From a bacterium (GTDB lineage Bacteria; Zhuqueibacterota; Zhuqueibacteria; Residuimicrobiales; Krinioviventaceae): 64,000 nt of DNA. The translations under genes were made by a program, and so were the position numbers. The DNA lies in assembly GCA_963675755.2 (NCBI GenBank), contig CAXXMD010000003.1, positions 704,001 through 768,000 of the forward strand, given 5' to 3'. How positions within the stretch are numbered: position 1 is the first letter of the stretch; every line of letters begins with the position of its first letter. Below are positions 1 through 10,607 of the stretch, in pieces. Below the pieces are notes generated by a model. That model was not told the origin of the DNA and ran no database searches. It worked only from the letters and a program-made list of their open reading frames with translations.

Positions 1-115
1 GTATCTGCAGGTTGACATAGTTGTTAGGATCGATAACCAGTGTATCAGCATCCTGAGCGAATACCGGAATTGCAATCATTGCAAACAAAACAAATAAAAT
101 AGTAAAGTTTTTCAT
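1..115 (-). CDS. Secreted protein, 5' part only (continues beyond window start)
   Basis: Manual translation from ATG at 115: MKNFTILFVLFAMIAIPVFAQDADTLVIDPNNYVNLQI, a Sec-type signal peptide. GGGAG Shine-Dalgarno at 121-125. Lies downstream of the TonB receptor. Confidence 0.75.
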   Translation of the reverse strand, partial: MKNFTILFVLFAMIAIPVFAQDADTLVIDPNNYVNLQI

Positions 116-350
116 AGTTTCTCCCTATTAATTAATTTCTTTACCCAATAAGCTTAAATGACACTTTTTTACAACCTCCATACATATTGTGTCAGTGTAC
201 CAATCGTATTACATCTGGTACCTTTTATTTCCGATTAATATGCCGACATCACCTCCTTTTTTAATATAATTGCTAGTTAGATTGATTTTCTCTGTTAATA
301 ATGAATACCTAGCTCAACTATCTTGCCCAAAAATCTTTTGGCAGCTATTT

Positions 351-3278
351 TTAAAATCTAAAGCGTAATCCTACATCAGCAGTACTACCTGTATAGACAG
401 CCGAAGATAATAACTCAAATTTACTTACAAAGTATCTGTCAGGACGATTTGTTAAATTTTTGATATTGCTGTACAATTCAAGCCCATGCCATGGCAGTTT
501 TTGATTAATTATCAAATCCCAACGATAGTAATCATCGGTATATGGATCCAGCTCTTCACGTCCCGATGCACTGTTCAAAGTGTTTCCCTGGTAGAGGAAA
601 GACAAGCGCATGGAAAATCCGCGGTAATCAAAACCAACGGTTGAATTCAAAATATCGTTAGACTGGTTCGGCATACGACCGCTACGGGTTGAATCAACAA
701 ATACGGATTTTGCAAAAATACCGGTTCCTTCTTTTCTTACAAACTGGTAAGGAAAGCGGGTCTCTGAATCCATATGTGAATAATTGATACTGAAAACGAT
801 ACTGCGCAAGATTCCCGGCAGGTACCAGAAATTGGTTTGCCAGTCAACTTCAAATCCTTTAACTGTGGATTGATCTTGAAGATTTATCCAGGTATCAACA
901 GTGGTATTCTTGTTTTGAGGTATAACAACCGTATTAAAGATCCTTTCCGCATCCATCGTATAAAATCTTGATGTTGTGATCAGATCGTCCATCTCTTTTT
1001 GAAAAAAACCAATAGTAAACAGGCCGATATAGTTATCATAAATTGATGTATATACATCATAGTTCTGTGCAATAGCCGGGCTAAGCGTTGGGTTTCCCAT
1101 AGATATACTTGGAGAACCTGAAGAAAAATAGTAATATGGTGACATTGCCCGGTAATCAGGATAAATAATGGACTTTGTACTTGCCAGACGGACATCCAGC
1201 CAGTCAAACGGTTTGATGCGCAAATGCATTTGCGGAAACCAGTTTTCCTCAGTCTTGTCTAATTTGACTTTTTCATTATAAAAATCATAGAATTCCGGTC
1301 CTACATATGTTGTGCCCCAGGCATCATATTTTATGTTCATGCTTTCATAGCGAATACCCGGAATAAATGTTACATATTTACCTATATCCATTTCTGTCAT
1401 TAAATAAAATGCGGTAATATCATCATCGTAGGTATAGTCATATTGGTTTGATTCCCGTGATTCCTTGAAAAAACGGTCCCACTTGCGCGCCAGACCTTCA
1501 TACTGGTTCATTCTCAATAGACTACCTGTGTAATAAAATTTGTCGTTCTCAATACCTTCTTTACCGGCAAGGAAATTACCAACATCATAATTTGGATTTT
1601 CAAACAGAAAAGCGCGAATACCGTTACCGGTATCTATGGCATTCAAGCCCAGATCAGTCCATAGCGAATCAATCATCATACGGGTAAAAGTTTGACTTGG
1701 GGTGTGACGATCGGGATTAATGAAATATAGCGTTTCATCATTCTCACGTTTACTGATTCTGTATTTAGCACCAAACTTGATCTTGCCAGACAAATAATTG
1801 GTAAAACGGTATGGCAAGCTGACATTCAACATGGCATTTTGCTCAGCAACGGTTACATCACGCTCATTTGACTCTAACCTTTTGGTCCGCAAATCATCGG
1901 CTATAAAATTCACACTGTTTAAAAACTCACTGGGGGTAGCATCAATAGCCTTGGCACCCAAATCCGTTGTAAAGCCAGCCTGGTCCTGTTCGGGAATGAC
2001 CCGCATTGTTAAATCACCAGGGACATCCATTTTAGAGACAGAGTTGGCCAAGGAAAAGTCAATGTCCATATCCCACAATTTATAATCACCCTGTAGCGTA
2101 TTATTATAAACAGTCGTTGTACCTTCAGCTTCGGTGGTATAACAATCGAACTGGTATCCATCAACATTCAATTCGTTTCTCATTGTTACAGATTTACTGT
2201 TAAGATCACTGATAAAATTGCTAAACAGTAAAGATCCATTATTAAACTGGTAATCCATTACAAAACCAGCGCCTTTTCTTTTGCGGCTTGAAGCAATGTC
2301 AGTAATGGTTACAGAGGCCAGATCAATTTCGGCTAGTCCTTCTATTGTTGTGGTTTCTTCATTAGTGGTATAGCCTGCATTCAAAGCATCTGAACTGCGA
2401 TCAAATTCATCGATCGATGCGGTAACCTGCACACCCAGCTTGTTTTTGTAAAAACGATTGCTGATGCCTCCATAAAACCGGAAATTCTTAAACTCTTCAA
2501 CCATAGAACCATAACCACCCTGGCTGGTAACATCAACATGAAAGCCGTCTTTTGCTTTATCAATTCGCAGGTTTACAACGCCACCAACTGCGTCAGCATC
2601 CATATCCGCCGTTAAAGCCTTGGTTACTTCAATACCTGATAGCATATTCGGAGAAATCATATTAAGGTCAACGCTACGGTCATTACGGTCGGTTGATTGC
2701 ATTCGTACACCGTTTACCATCATCACATTGTATTTGGGTGATAAACCACGGATAACCACTTTGGCACCTTCACCACCACTACGGATAATGGATATACCGG
2801 GGAGTCGCCCAACAGACTCGGCTGCATTATCATCGGGAATCTCTTTGATACGGTCAGAAGCAACCACATTGGTAATGGTTCTTGCGGATAATTGCTGGTT
2901 GATAGCCGCAATCTGGCCTTCGGCCTGCGCGGTAATCTCTACCATTTCCCCTTCAATGGTAACAAATTCCAATGCAAAATCTTTTTCAAGATTTCTTCCG
3001 GAAATTATATTAATAGTTTCACTCTTGTCCTGATATCCTATATATTTGACCAACAAGGTAAAATTACCCGGTGGTACCCTGGGAATTGAATATTCACCCT
3101 CTACATTTGTTGCTGCCCCTATACTGGTGCCTTTAATTAATACATTTGCTCCCGGTAATGGTTCTCCGGTTGCGGCATCAGTTACTTGCCCTGAAATCGT
3201 AGCACTGTAAACAGAGTGTGCACAAAAGATCATCAGGACGATCAATAGAACTGTTTTTTGAATACCAAAACGTTTCAT
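351..3278 (-). CDS. TonB-dependent receptor (carboxypeptidase-regulatory-like N-terminal domain, plug, beta-barrel)
   Basis: Signal peptide; ISGQVTDAATGEPLPGANV N-domain; plug motifs RLPGISI, IRGL, IEVTKALTADMDADAVGGVVNL; GNPTLSP; C-terminal Phe (GLRFRF). Confidence 0.95.
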   Translation of the reverse strand: MKRFGIQKTVLLIVLMIFCAHSVYSATISGQVTDAATGEPLPGANVLIKGTSIGAATNVEGEYSIPRVPPGNFTLLVKYIGYQDKSETINIISGRNLEKDFALEFVTIEGEMVEITAQAEGQIAAINQQLSARTITNVVASDRIKEIPDDNAAESVGRLPGISIIRSGGEGAKVVIRGLSPKYNVMMVNGVRMQSTDRNDRSVDLNMISPNMLSGIEVTKALTADMDADAVGGVVNLRIDKAKDGFHVDVTSQGGYGSMVEEFKNFRFYGGISNRFYKNKLGVQVTASIDEFDRSSDALNAGYTTNEETTTIEGLAEIDLASVTITDIASSRKRKGAGFVMDYQFNNGSLLFSNFISDLNSKSVTMRNELNVDGYQFDCYTTEAEGTTTVYNNTLQGDYKLWDMDIDFSLANSVSKMDVPGDLTMRVIPEQDQAGFTTDLGAKAIDATPSEFLNSVNFIADDLRTKRLESNERDVTVAEQNAMLNVSLPYRFTNYLSGKIKFGAKYRISKRENDETLYFINPDRHTPSQTFTRMMIDSLWTDLGLNAIDTGNGIRAFLFENPNYDVGNFLAGKEGIENDKFYYTGSLLRMNQYEGLARKWDRFFKESRESNQYDYTYDDDITAFYLMTEMDIGKYVTFIPGIRYESMNIKYDAWGTTYVGPEFYDFYNEKVKLDKTEENWFPQMHLRIKPFDWLDVRLASTKSIIYPDYRAMSPYYYFSSGSPSISMGNPTLSPAIAQNYDVYTSIYDNYIGLFTIGFFQKEMDDLITTSRFYTMDAERIFNTVVIPQNKNTTVDTWINLQDQSTVKGFEVDWQTNFWYLPGILRSIVFSINYSHMDSETRFPYQFVRKEGTGIFAKSVFVDSTRSGRMPNQSNDILNSTVGFDYRGFSMRLSFLYQGNTLNSASGREELDPYTDDYYRWDLIINQKLPWHGLELYSNIKNLTNRPDRYFVSKFELLSSAVYTGSTADVGLRFRF

Positions 3279-3469
3279 ACAGCCTCCTTAATGGATATAA
3301 AACCTGTAAACCTATTTTAATCATTTTTAACTGTAGCAGAATATTTGAATATGCAGCTTATAATTATCTAGTATTACGATTACACAGTAGGCTATATTGA
3401 ATTGCAAAAAATTCCAAACAAAACACTCTATTGCAACAGTGTAAATTATTACAATTCATTACATTTTGC

Positions 3470-3508
3470 AGGTAATGATGTCTAAAAATCTGGTATCAGT
3501 GTCTAAAA
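3470..3508. promoter_or_regulatory. Direct repeat GGTA-N4-TGTCTAAAA with 21-bp period; putative binding site of the adjacent HTCS/AraC regulator
   Basis: TGTCTAAAA at 3479-3487 and 3500-3508, each preceded by GGTA, upstream of the TonB receptor gene. Confidence 0.55.
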
Positions 3509-3543
3509 TGAAGGTTATTATTGAGGATTATGTATTTTAGAGG

Positions 3544-6500
3544 CTACTTTTGGAACTCTTTGACATATTCTGTAGGCAGTTTGCCAAAATATTTTTTGAA
3601 TGCTTTTGAAAAATAAGAGGGGTCTCTAAAACCCACTTCATAAGTAATTTCTGTAATTGTCATGCCAGATTCTTTTAACAATTGGGCAGAACGTTTTAAG
3701 CGGATGGCATTAATAAAATCTCTTACTGAATGACCGGTCAATACACGGATTTTATTATAAAGTCCGGCACGGCTTGTCCCCATTTTTAAGCTAAATGCGT
3801 TAGAATCAAAATCCGGATCATCCATATGCTGTTCAACAATGTCAATTGCTTTTGCAAGAAACTGTTGATCAACAGAATTGATATTGATTTCTTTGGGTTC
3901 AACCCGAATATCCTGTTGAAACCGGTTCCACAACTGCTTACGTGTTTCAAGAATATTGTGAATACGTAAGGAGAGTTCTTTACTGTCAAAGGGTTTTGCA
4001 AGATAATCATCTGCCCCTGTTTCCAATCCTTCTATCACATGCTGATGTGATGACCTGGCAGTGATCATTATTACCGGTATGTGGCTGGTACGAGGATCCG
4101 TTTTGATTTTTTTGCAAAATTCAATACCACCCATTCGAGGCATCATGATATCTGTTATTATAATATCGGGAAGTTGTTTAATTGTTTTCTCTAAACCGTC
4201 GAACCCATCTATTGCTTCAGTAACAGTATATTGAGTTTCAAGTTCATTACGAATAAAATTACGCATATCGGAATTGTCTTCAACCAGTAATATCTTTACA
4301 TCCGGATTTTCTACCATACTATTCGTGTCATTGTCAAGACTGATCAATAAACCAGATCGATATACTTCCGGTACAATAACTTTAACATTTTTATCTTTAG
4401 CATTATCAATTGAATAAATTGCCGGAATTTCTACTGTAAAAGCTGTGCCCACACCTTTTTCACTTTCTACTGACAATTTTCCCTGTTGTATTTCAACAAG
4501 TTCTTTGGTTAACGCCAAACCAATGCCCGTACCTCCGGCATGGTGATCTGTACCTTCCTGGACCTGGTAAAACCGTTTAAATATTTTGTTCAATTTCTCT
4601 CGGGGAATACCAATGCCGGTATCTTTAACAATGATCTGTAACTTGTCTTTGTATTTTATAGTACCGTGGTTTGGCAATACTTTACGCATTTCTTTATCAC
4701 CGGGAATTTGTGAAACAATGACCTGAACAGATCCCCGCGAATGTGTAAATTTCAATGAATTTGACAGCAGGTTCAACAAAACTTTTTCCAGTTTATCAAA
4801 ATCAAAAAATATTTCCAAATGCTCCAACTGTGTTTTAAACTCCAGTACAAGTTGTTTTTCACCGGCAAGTGATTGGAAAGCATTGGTTACATCACTAATA
4901 AAGACAACAACATCTCCTTTAACCAAATCAAATTCTATCTGACCAGATTCCACCTTTTGAAAATCAAGCACCTGATTTACAAGCCTCATTAAGCGGTTAC
5001 AGTTACGATTCATCATTTCCAATTGAAAGGTAGTGTCAGAATTTCCATTATTTTTTTTACGCAAATTATTTAATGGTCCCAAAATCAATGTCAACGGTGT
5101 TCTCAATTCATGAGAGATATTTGTAAATAATCTTACTTTGGCCTCAGAAAGTTCCTTGATGATTTTGTTACGATGGACAAGATGAAACATGAAAAAGGCA
5201 ATAGTAATAAAAAAGAAAGCAATCAATCCAATAAACCAGGGTTGTTTCCAAACATAGGGGATGATATAGAATTGCACCTTGTCGGGTGAAGGGTCTACAT
5301 TCATATCTCTGTCACGCGATTTGACCAGAAAGGTATGATTTCCATCCTTTAAATTTAAAAAAACCTGATTTATTCTATCACTAAAAGGCGTCCAGTCTTC
5401 ATTGTCCAGCTTGTAAGAATAGAGCAAATTTTCATCCGGCGTTGCTTTCCATGGATCATGGCCCATCCACGATAAAATCACATTACCCGGTTGTGAAATT
5501 TTGTCCTGAGAAAATGTTATAAATGTCTCGGGAGGTAGTTTGTCTGGCTTGTATTGAATTGAAAAGAATTCTCTTGCAGACTTTAGGGGGCTGGTTTCCT
5601 TGTTTATGGCTCTAACCAGCCATTGTTGAGGTATATTATTAAACCATAATGTACCATCCTTTAAAGCACGTAAGGTTATTCCATCTTTATTGATCTTTAT
5701 AAAATGGGGAAAAATATCCAGTGTCCAGCTTCTTCCATCAAAATGACAAATATTCTGATCTGTTGCTACCCACACATTGCTGTCTGAAAGTGCATACATA
5801 CTTATAATTGTATTGCTTGAAAGGCCATCGTTAATGGTATACTGTGACCAGCTTTGAGTTATATAATTATAACTGAAAACACCACAAGTTCTTGTTCCCA
5901 CCCACAGATTACCCTGCTCAGATGTGGATATACAATCATTAAAGCTTTCATCTAACCCAATAGGCTCTGTGATTTTAGTCCACTCATTTATTGCAGGATC
6001 AAAACAGAAAAAGCCCAATTGTCCGCACCAGAGTTTTCCATCACCACTTTGACCAATTCCATATATAGCAGACAGATGAAATCGATCATTAAAGTAAAAA
6101 TACTCACAGTCAAACTCGGTCAATGATCGGCCAAAGCTATATTTAATCAATCCACCAATCTGGCCTTTATCTTCAAGAAAATCTTTACCTGAACCAAACC
6201 AGAGATTGCCTTGCGCATCTTCCAAAACAGCACGATGTCCAATACACCAGGCCAAACGGGGATGGGTTTGTATGTGCCATTTTTCATTATCCAGGTAAGC
6301 GGTTGCTGCCACCTCATTATGGCTGCCGGCTATCCATACCTGCCCCTTGCTGGTAATATACAAGACTACAGGTTCATCCAGCACCCCATCACTTTTATCA
6401 TAACTCGTCCAGTTTTTCATCAAAGGATCAGTTTTAATCACCTGGCCGTCATAAGACAAAAACCATTTACAGCCATCTTTATCAATTGCCTGGAAATGAA

Positions 6501-7608
6501 TTCCCTGAAAAGTTGTCCACCGTTCGGTAAGCAGATCCACCCGCCATACCTGATTTCCTAATCCAATAATCCACAAACTGCCGTCTTTGGTTTTAAATAA
6601 ATTCCAACGGTTTGAAGGCAGTGGTAACCCCGGACCAACATACATGTACCATTTACCTTCACTATACTCAAAGATCTTTCCAAAGCTGCCAATCCATAAC
6701 GATCCATCACGGGATTCAACAATGTCTGCATGGATATCATCCACCTGAAACTTTTCTTTCATGGATTCCTGGTACCATTTTTCTCCATCAAATACATTGA
6801 TACCCTTGCCAATTTCTCCACTAACAACAAAAATCAATCCATCCACATTTTTCATTACCAGCGGAAATCTTGAGAGGATATATCCATCCTGTTGGTCAAT
6901 TCTCACCCAGGTTGGCATGGATTGCAAATCATCCGGTTCAAGAATACATTTGTAAATTCTTCCATCGCGCAGCCCCATCCAGAGCACACTATCCGATTCA
7001 ATATAGATGGAAAAGACATCAAACTTTTCCAACTCGTATTGTTCGGTAAAATCAATTTCGGGCTTGTGATAATCGGGAAAGATATGAAATTCTCTGTACA
7101 ACGTCATCACATCATTCTTGATACGTAGTGCGCCTTGTTGTGTGCCAATCCAGACACTTTTATCCGGAGCTTCAAGAATAGGGAACTTGTTATTGGGAAA
7201 ATCAAAGGAATCTCCGAATTCCAGGCCTATATTCAAAGGTGTCCATTCCCCCTCTGCAAACAAGCTAATGCCCTCTGGGGTTCCTACATAAAGCAACCCC
7301 ATACTGGTTGCACAAAGCGAAATAACCGGGACCTGGCTTGAATCACCATTCAATGGATGAAAATCCCAATCTATTCCGTTATAACTCATCAACCCACCTG
7401 TCACTCCAAACCACAACACACCACTTGAATCCTCAGCCATACAACGACAGCTTTTTCCACCAAGATTGGAATAATGCTGCCATCTCCAGGGCTCGGTAAA
7501 CGGATTCGCACGATCAGGAGTAAAGGTACCTTTGCTGAATGTATCATTTACCAATACAAACAACAGCAAAAACAGTATGAGACGGGACAAGGTTTTCATA
7601 TACAACAC
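3544..7608 (-). CDS. Hybrid two-component sensor/regulator (beta-propeller sensor, Y_Y_Y-like domain, TM, HisKA, HATPase, receiver, AraC HTH)
   Basis: Repeated DxxGxLWxG propeller blades; TM WFIGLIAFFF; FTNISHELRTPLTLI; NLLSNSLKF; DTGIGI; GGTGIGL; ILLVEDN..DIMMPRMGG; VGFRDPSYFSKAFKKYFG. Confidence 0.96.
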   Translation of the reverse strand: MLYMKTLSRLILFLLLFVLVNDTFSKGTFTPDRANPFTEPWRWQHYSNLGGKSCRCMAEDSSGVLWFGVTGGLMSYNGIDWDFHPLNGDSSQVPVISLCATSMGLLYVGTPEGISLFAEGEWTPLNIGLEFGDSFDFPNNKFPILEAPDKSVWIGTQQGALRIKNDVMTLYREFHIFPDYHKPEIDFTEQYELEKFDVFSIYIESDSVLWMGLRDGRIYKCILEPDDLQSMPTWVRIDQQDGYILSRFPLVMKNVDGLIFVVSGEIGKGINVFDGEKWYQESMKEKFQVDDIHADIVESRDGSLWIGSFGKIFEYSEGKWYMYVGPGLPLPSNRWNLFKTKDGSLWIIGLGNQVWRVDLLTERWTTFQGIHFQAIDKDGCKWFLSYDGQVIKTDPLMKNWTSYDKSDGVLDEPVVLYITSKGQVWIAGSHNEVAATAYLDNEKWHIQTHPRLAWCIGHRAVLEDAQGNLWFGSGKDFLEDKGQIGGLIKYSFGRSLTEFDCEYFYFNDRFHLSAIYGIGQSGDGKLWCGQLGFFCFDPAINEWTKITEPIGLDESFNDCISTSEQGNLWVGTRTCGVFSYNYITQSWSQYTINDGLSSNTIISMYALSDSNVWVATDQNICHFDGRSWTLDIFPHFIKINKDGITLRALKDGTLWFNNIPQQWLVRAINKETSPLKSAREFFSIQYKPDKLPPETFITFSQDKISQPGNVILSWMGHDPWKATPDENLLYSYKLDNEDWTPFSDRINQVFLNLKDGNHTFLVKSRDRDMNVDPSPDKVQFYIIPYVWKQPWFIGLIAFFFITIAFFMFHLVHRNKIIKELSEAKVRLFTNISHELRTPLTLILGPLNNLRKKNNGNSDTTFQLEMMNRNCNRLMRLVNQVLDFQKVESGQIEFDLVKGDVVVFISDVTNAFQSLAGEKQLVLEFKTQLEHLEIFFDFDKLEKVLLNLLSNSLKFTHSRGSVQVIVSQIPGDKEMRKVLPNHGTIKYKDKLQIIVKDTGIGIPREKLNKIFKRFYQVQEGTDHHAGGTGIGLALTKELVEIQQGKLSVESEKGVGTAFTVEIPAIYSIDNAKDKNVKVIVPEVYRSGLLISLDNDTNSMVENPDVKILLVEDNSDMRNFIRNELETQYTVTEAIDGFDGLEKTIKQLPDIIITDIMMPRMGGIEFCKKIKTDPRTSHIPVIMITARSSHQHVIEGLETGADDYLAKPFDSKELSLRIHNILETRKQLWNRFQQDIRVEPKEININSVDQQFLAKAIDIVEQHMDDPDFDSNAFSLKMGTSRAGLYNKIRVLTGHSVRDFINAIRLKRSAQLLKESGMTITEITYEVGFRDPSYFSKAFKKYFGKLPTEYVKEFQK

Positions 7609-7775
7609 TAGATAGTAATTTGATATTAAATTACAAATTCATATATGGACATAATTTACATCCATATAATAGGTACTAAAATTCGGAATTGCATACAATT
7701 AATGAATTATAAAGAATTATATAAAAACTTGCAAGAATTGTTTATTCGTCAATATTTTCTTTCTTGTAATATAAT

Positions 7776-8390
7776 TTAAACTTGAAAACTAAGGTGTTTT
7801 TTTAATTCACGAATAAATCCAGCATCCATCCAATAAAGATCATGATGATGAGGCGGGCTATGCCAGCGGGTAAAGAACAGATATTTTCCATCTGGTGATA
7901 TACCAGGAAACCGTTCCTGTTTATCTGAATTGACTGTGTTGCCCAAAGCTATCACCTTGCTCCAGTTATCCTTATCATCTCGAAAGCAGATATACAGATC
8001 TCCATAATCATCTTTACTGCCCGGACGGTTAGATGCAAAAAGTAGAAAAGATTCATCCGACGAGATAAATGGATAAACATTCCGATATCCTTCAAGATTG
8101 ACAGGTTCTGGTAAAAGCTCGGCAGGCTGATAAGCACCCTCAACCTGCTTTGATCTACAGATTCCAACTTGGCCATCCACTCTTCCCAGGAAATAACAAG
8201 TACCATCCCGCGTTTGCGAAGGCGTCCAAAATCCCTGTTGGTTGTCTACAACCTTCGGCTCGCGCCAACTCTCTCTCTGTCGTTCTGTTCGCCATATTGC
8301 CAGATTCGTGTTCAGGGTATCATAAATTAATTTGGGACGTTTTGAGCCAAAGTACATGTGTACTCCATCTCTGGGAATAAATGATTGAGG
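7776..8390 (-). pseudogene. 5'-truncated paralogue of the PD40/TolB-like propeller gene at 10608-11504
   Basis: Near-identical stretches to 10608-11504 (e.g. GDLYICFRDDKDNWSKVI, ERFPGISPDGKY). Homology continues upstream of the ATG (QSFIPRDG vs QPFISVDG), then meets an in-frame stop at 8409-8411. No signal peptide. Confidence 0.7.
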
Positions 8391-8876
8391 ATGTAGAAAA
8401 CAGGCGTGTTAAGAGATTTGCAAACCAGATAAAAATAAATCGAGAGCTATTAAGGCTGCTTATCAAGTTCAAAATCTCAGATAATTATTTTTTTAATAAA
8501 ATATTGTGATTTAAAGGTATAACAATTCATATTCATCTTGTATTCTACGTTAGCCCGGTTTAGGAAAAATTAAAAAATCACTTTAAAAACAATCAAGGTC
8601 AAAACATCAGCAATGGTCCCCCGGATATGTTCACAAACTACAGTGGGCTATGTACATTGCAGTATGGCCCTCCTTTCGTTATTAACCAAACTATAAATTA
8701 TAACAGATTACATTGTTTGTTGTAACTTGCAGGATGTGTAAGAATTGAAAGATATTTATAAAATGATAGGTTAAACGGATTGTAAATGAACGAATTAAAA
8801 CACTTGAAATTTTATTAAAAAACACGGGCGCGTATAAATTCCGATCCCACCACGGATTAGAGGCCGTAATAATAAT

Positions 8877-9737
8877 TCAACTCAACCTATCCAAAGTAAA
8901 AGTTTTTGAAGGATTAATACCTTCCTCTAATAATAATCTATCTAAATTATCTAACAAATCAGTTAAATTATTAAGTAATATTTCACTTCTAAAACTGGTC
9001 GGACAAAGAACTCTTTCTACTTGTTCCTTTAAATCCATTGGTTTCTTTAAACAGTTTTCTAATGCAAATCTTAAAACTTTCTTTTCACCTGGATTGGGGA
9101 GATAATTTAATGCAAACAAAACATCAAAATAACTTGCAAGTAAAGCTGCAATTCTATGATTTACACTAATTAAATCATTACGCTCAATTGCTTTCTGTAT
9201 TTGATAATAATATGAAGGAATAACACTTCTAAGAACAGGGTGGTTTTTTGCAATGATAGCGTTTTTTAATTTTTCCGGATATGTCAGTTTAGACTTTTCC
9301 TGGAGCTTGTAGAACCAGTCATCACGATCAAATAGAGATATTGAATTTAAAATAGTATGCCAAAAACACGTTGAATAACCTACACTTGCTTGCTGGACAA
9401 CAAGTACGCGGTCTATTTGTTCTTCGATCCAAGCTTTATTCCAATAGATAACATCTACTTCAATTCCAGTCTCTTTATCAATCCACTCATCCCCCAAATC
9501 CCAAAAATTAAGGTCAAGATTGGCCTGTTTTGAGCCAAGTTGAGTTACAATAGTTTGACGAAAATGTAGTGGAATTATCTCACTTGAAAAAACATACAAA
9601 TCAATGTCTGAGAATTTATCAGTAAAACCTTTCACTAATGAGCCGCCGAGTGCAGCCGCATCTACCTGAGGTATTAATTTAAATTGCTCAGAAATTTTTC
9701 TAGCCAAGGTTAAATGTATTGAATTATCATTTTTCAT
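8877..9737 (-). CDS. Nucleotidyltransferase-domain protein (DUF4037-like C-terminus)
   Basis: Pol-beta NTase motif GGSLVKGFTDKFSDIDLYV; C-terminal SYFDVLFALN...PGEK typical of DUF4037 proteins. Confidence 0.8.
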   Translation of the reverse strand: MKNDNSIHLTLARKISEQFKLIPQVDAAALGGSLVKGFTDKFSDIDLYVFSSEIIPLHFRQTIVTQLGSKQANLDLNFWDLGDEWIDKETGIEVDVIYWNKAWIEEQIDRVLVVQQASVGYSTCFWHTILNSISLFDRDDWFYKLQEKSKLTYPEKLKNAIIAKNHPVLRSVIPSYYYQIQKAIERNDLISVNHRIAALLASYFDVLFALNYLPNPGEKKVLRFALENCLKKPMDLKEQVERVLCPTSFRSEILLNNLTDLLDNLDRLLLEEGINPSKTFTLDRLS

Positions 9738-9768
9738 AACAAGCCTCTATAAATATTATAATTTGGGC

Positions 9769-9840
9769 GTATAACGATCATGTTAACCGGTACCGAAAAG
9801 CCGCGTTGGGTGCTATGTTAAGTTAACCTGATCAATCTAA
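9769..9840 (-). repeat. Inverted repeat resembling an eroded integron attC site
   Basis: Arms GATCATGTTAAC (9776-9787) and GTTAACCTGATC (9822-9833), 11/12 complementary. Ends in GTTATAC on the minus strand about 30 nt before the next ATG and begins at the maa stop codon. Confidence 0.35.
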
Positions 9841-10400
9841 TCGTTATCAATACGTCTGATGATCCGGCATGGATTTCCCGCAGCAATCACATCATCGGGA
9901 ATGTCTTTGGTTACTACACTTCCTGCACCAACGACAGCCCGGTTTCCAATTTTTACTCCCGGAAGTACAACAACAGACCCGCCAAGCCATACATCCTCAC
10001 CAATTTCAATAGGTTTTGCAAATTCAAGCAATGATGCTCTTTCCCTGGCATTTACCGGATGTGTAACCGTATAAATCTGCACACCGGGCCCCAGCATAGT
10101 ACGGCTGCCAATGTGGACTTGCGCACAATCGAGAATTGTACAATTATAATTTATAAATATATCTGATCCAAGGATGATATTATACCCATAATCGCAAAAA
10201 AATGGGGGTTCAATACAACAATTATTGCCCATAGTGGGTATTAGTTCAGCCAATATCTCTTGTTGTTCTTCACTATTGACATTGGGTAATTGATTGTATT
10301 GATGAAAAAGCAAATGGGCCTTATTTCTGTCTTTACTGACCTCTGTATCGGCAGGATTGTATAAATCTCCGCTTATCATCTTTTCTTTTTCTGATTTCAT
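9837..10400 (-). CDS. maa: Sugar (maltose/galactoside) O-acetyltransferase
   Basis: SEKEKMISGDLY N-terminus, PPFFCDYGYNI, hexapeptide repeats, VVGAGSVVTKDIP..AGNPCRIIR. Confidence 0.9.
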   Translation of the reverse strand: MKSEKEKMISGDLYNPADTEVSKDRNKAHLLFHQYNQLPNVNSEEQQEILAELIPTMGNNCCIEPPFFCDYGYNIILGSDIFINYNCTILDCAQVHIGSRTMLGPGVQIYTVTHPVNARERASLLEFAKPIEIGEDVWLGGSVVVLPGVKIGNRAVVGAGSVVTKDIPDDVIAAGNPCRIIRRIDND

Positions 10401-10607
10401 CCTTTTCTCCTAACTGATATCATTAAAGCAAAAACTCGCAATCCAATTGCGGGTTACTTTTGCAATATCATTTTTTCAACTTTTAAAAATTGTTCAACAA
10501 CCCTTTCACATAGATAAATACCGCTTGGGCGGTATATGGTATACCACAATAGACAACTTTCTTTATATATCAAATCCTTATTAATATCATAGTGAATTAA
10601 TATGAGA

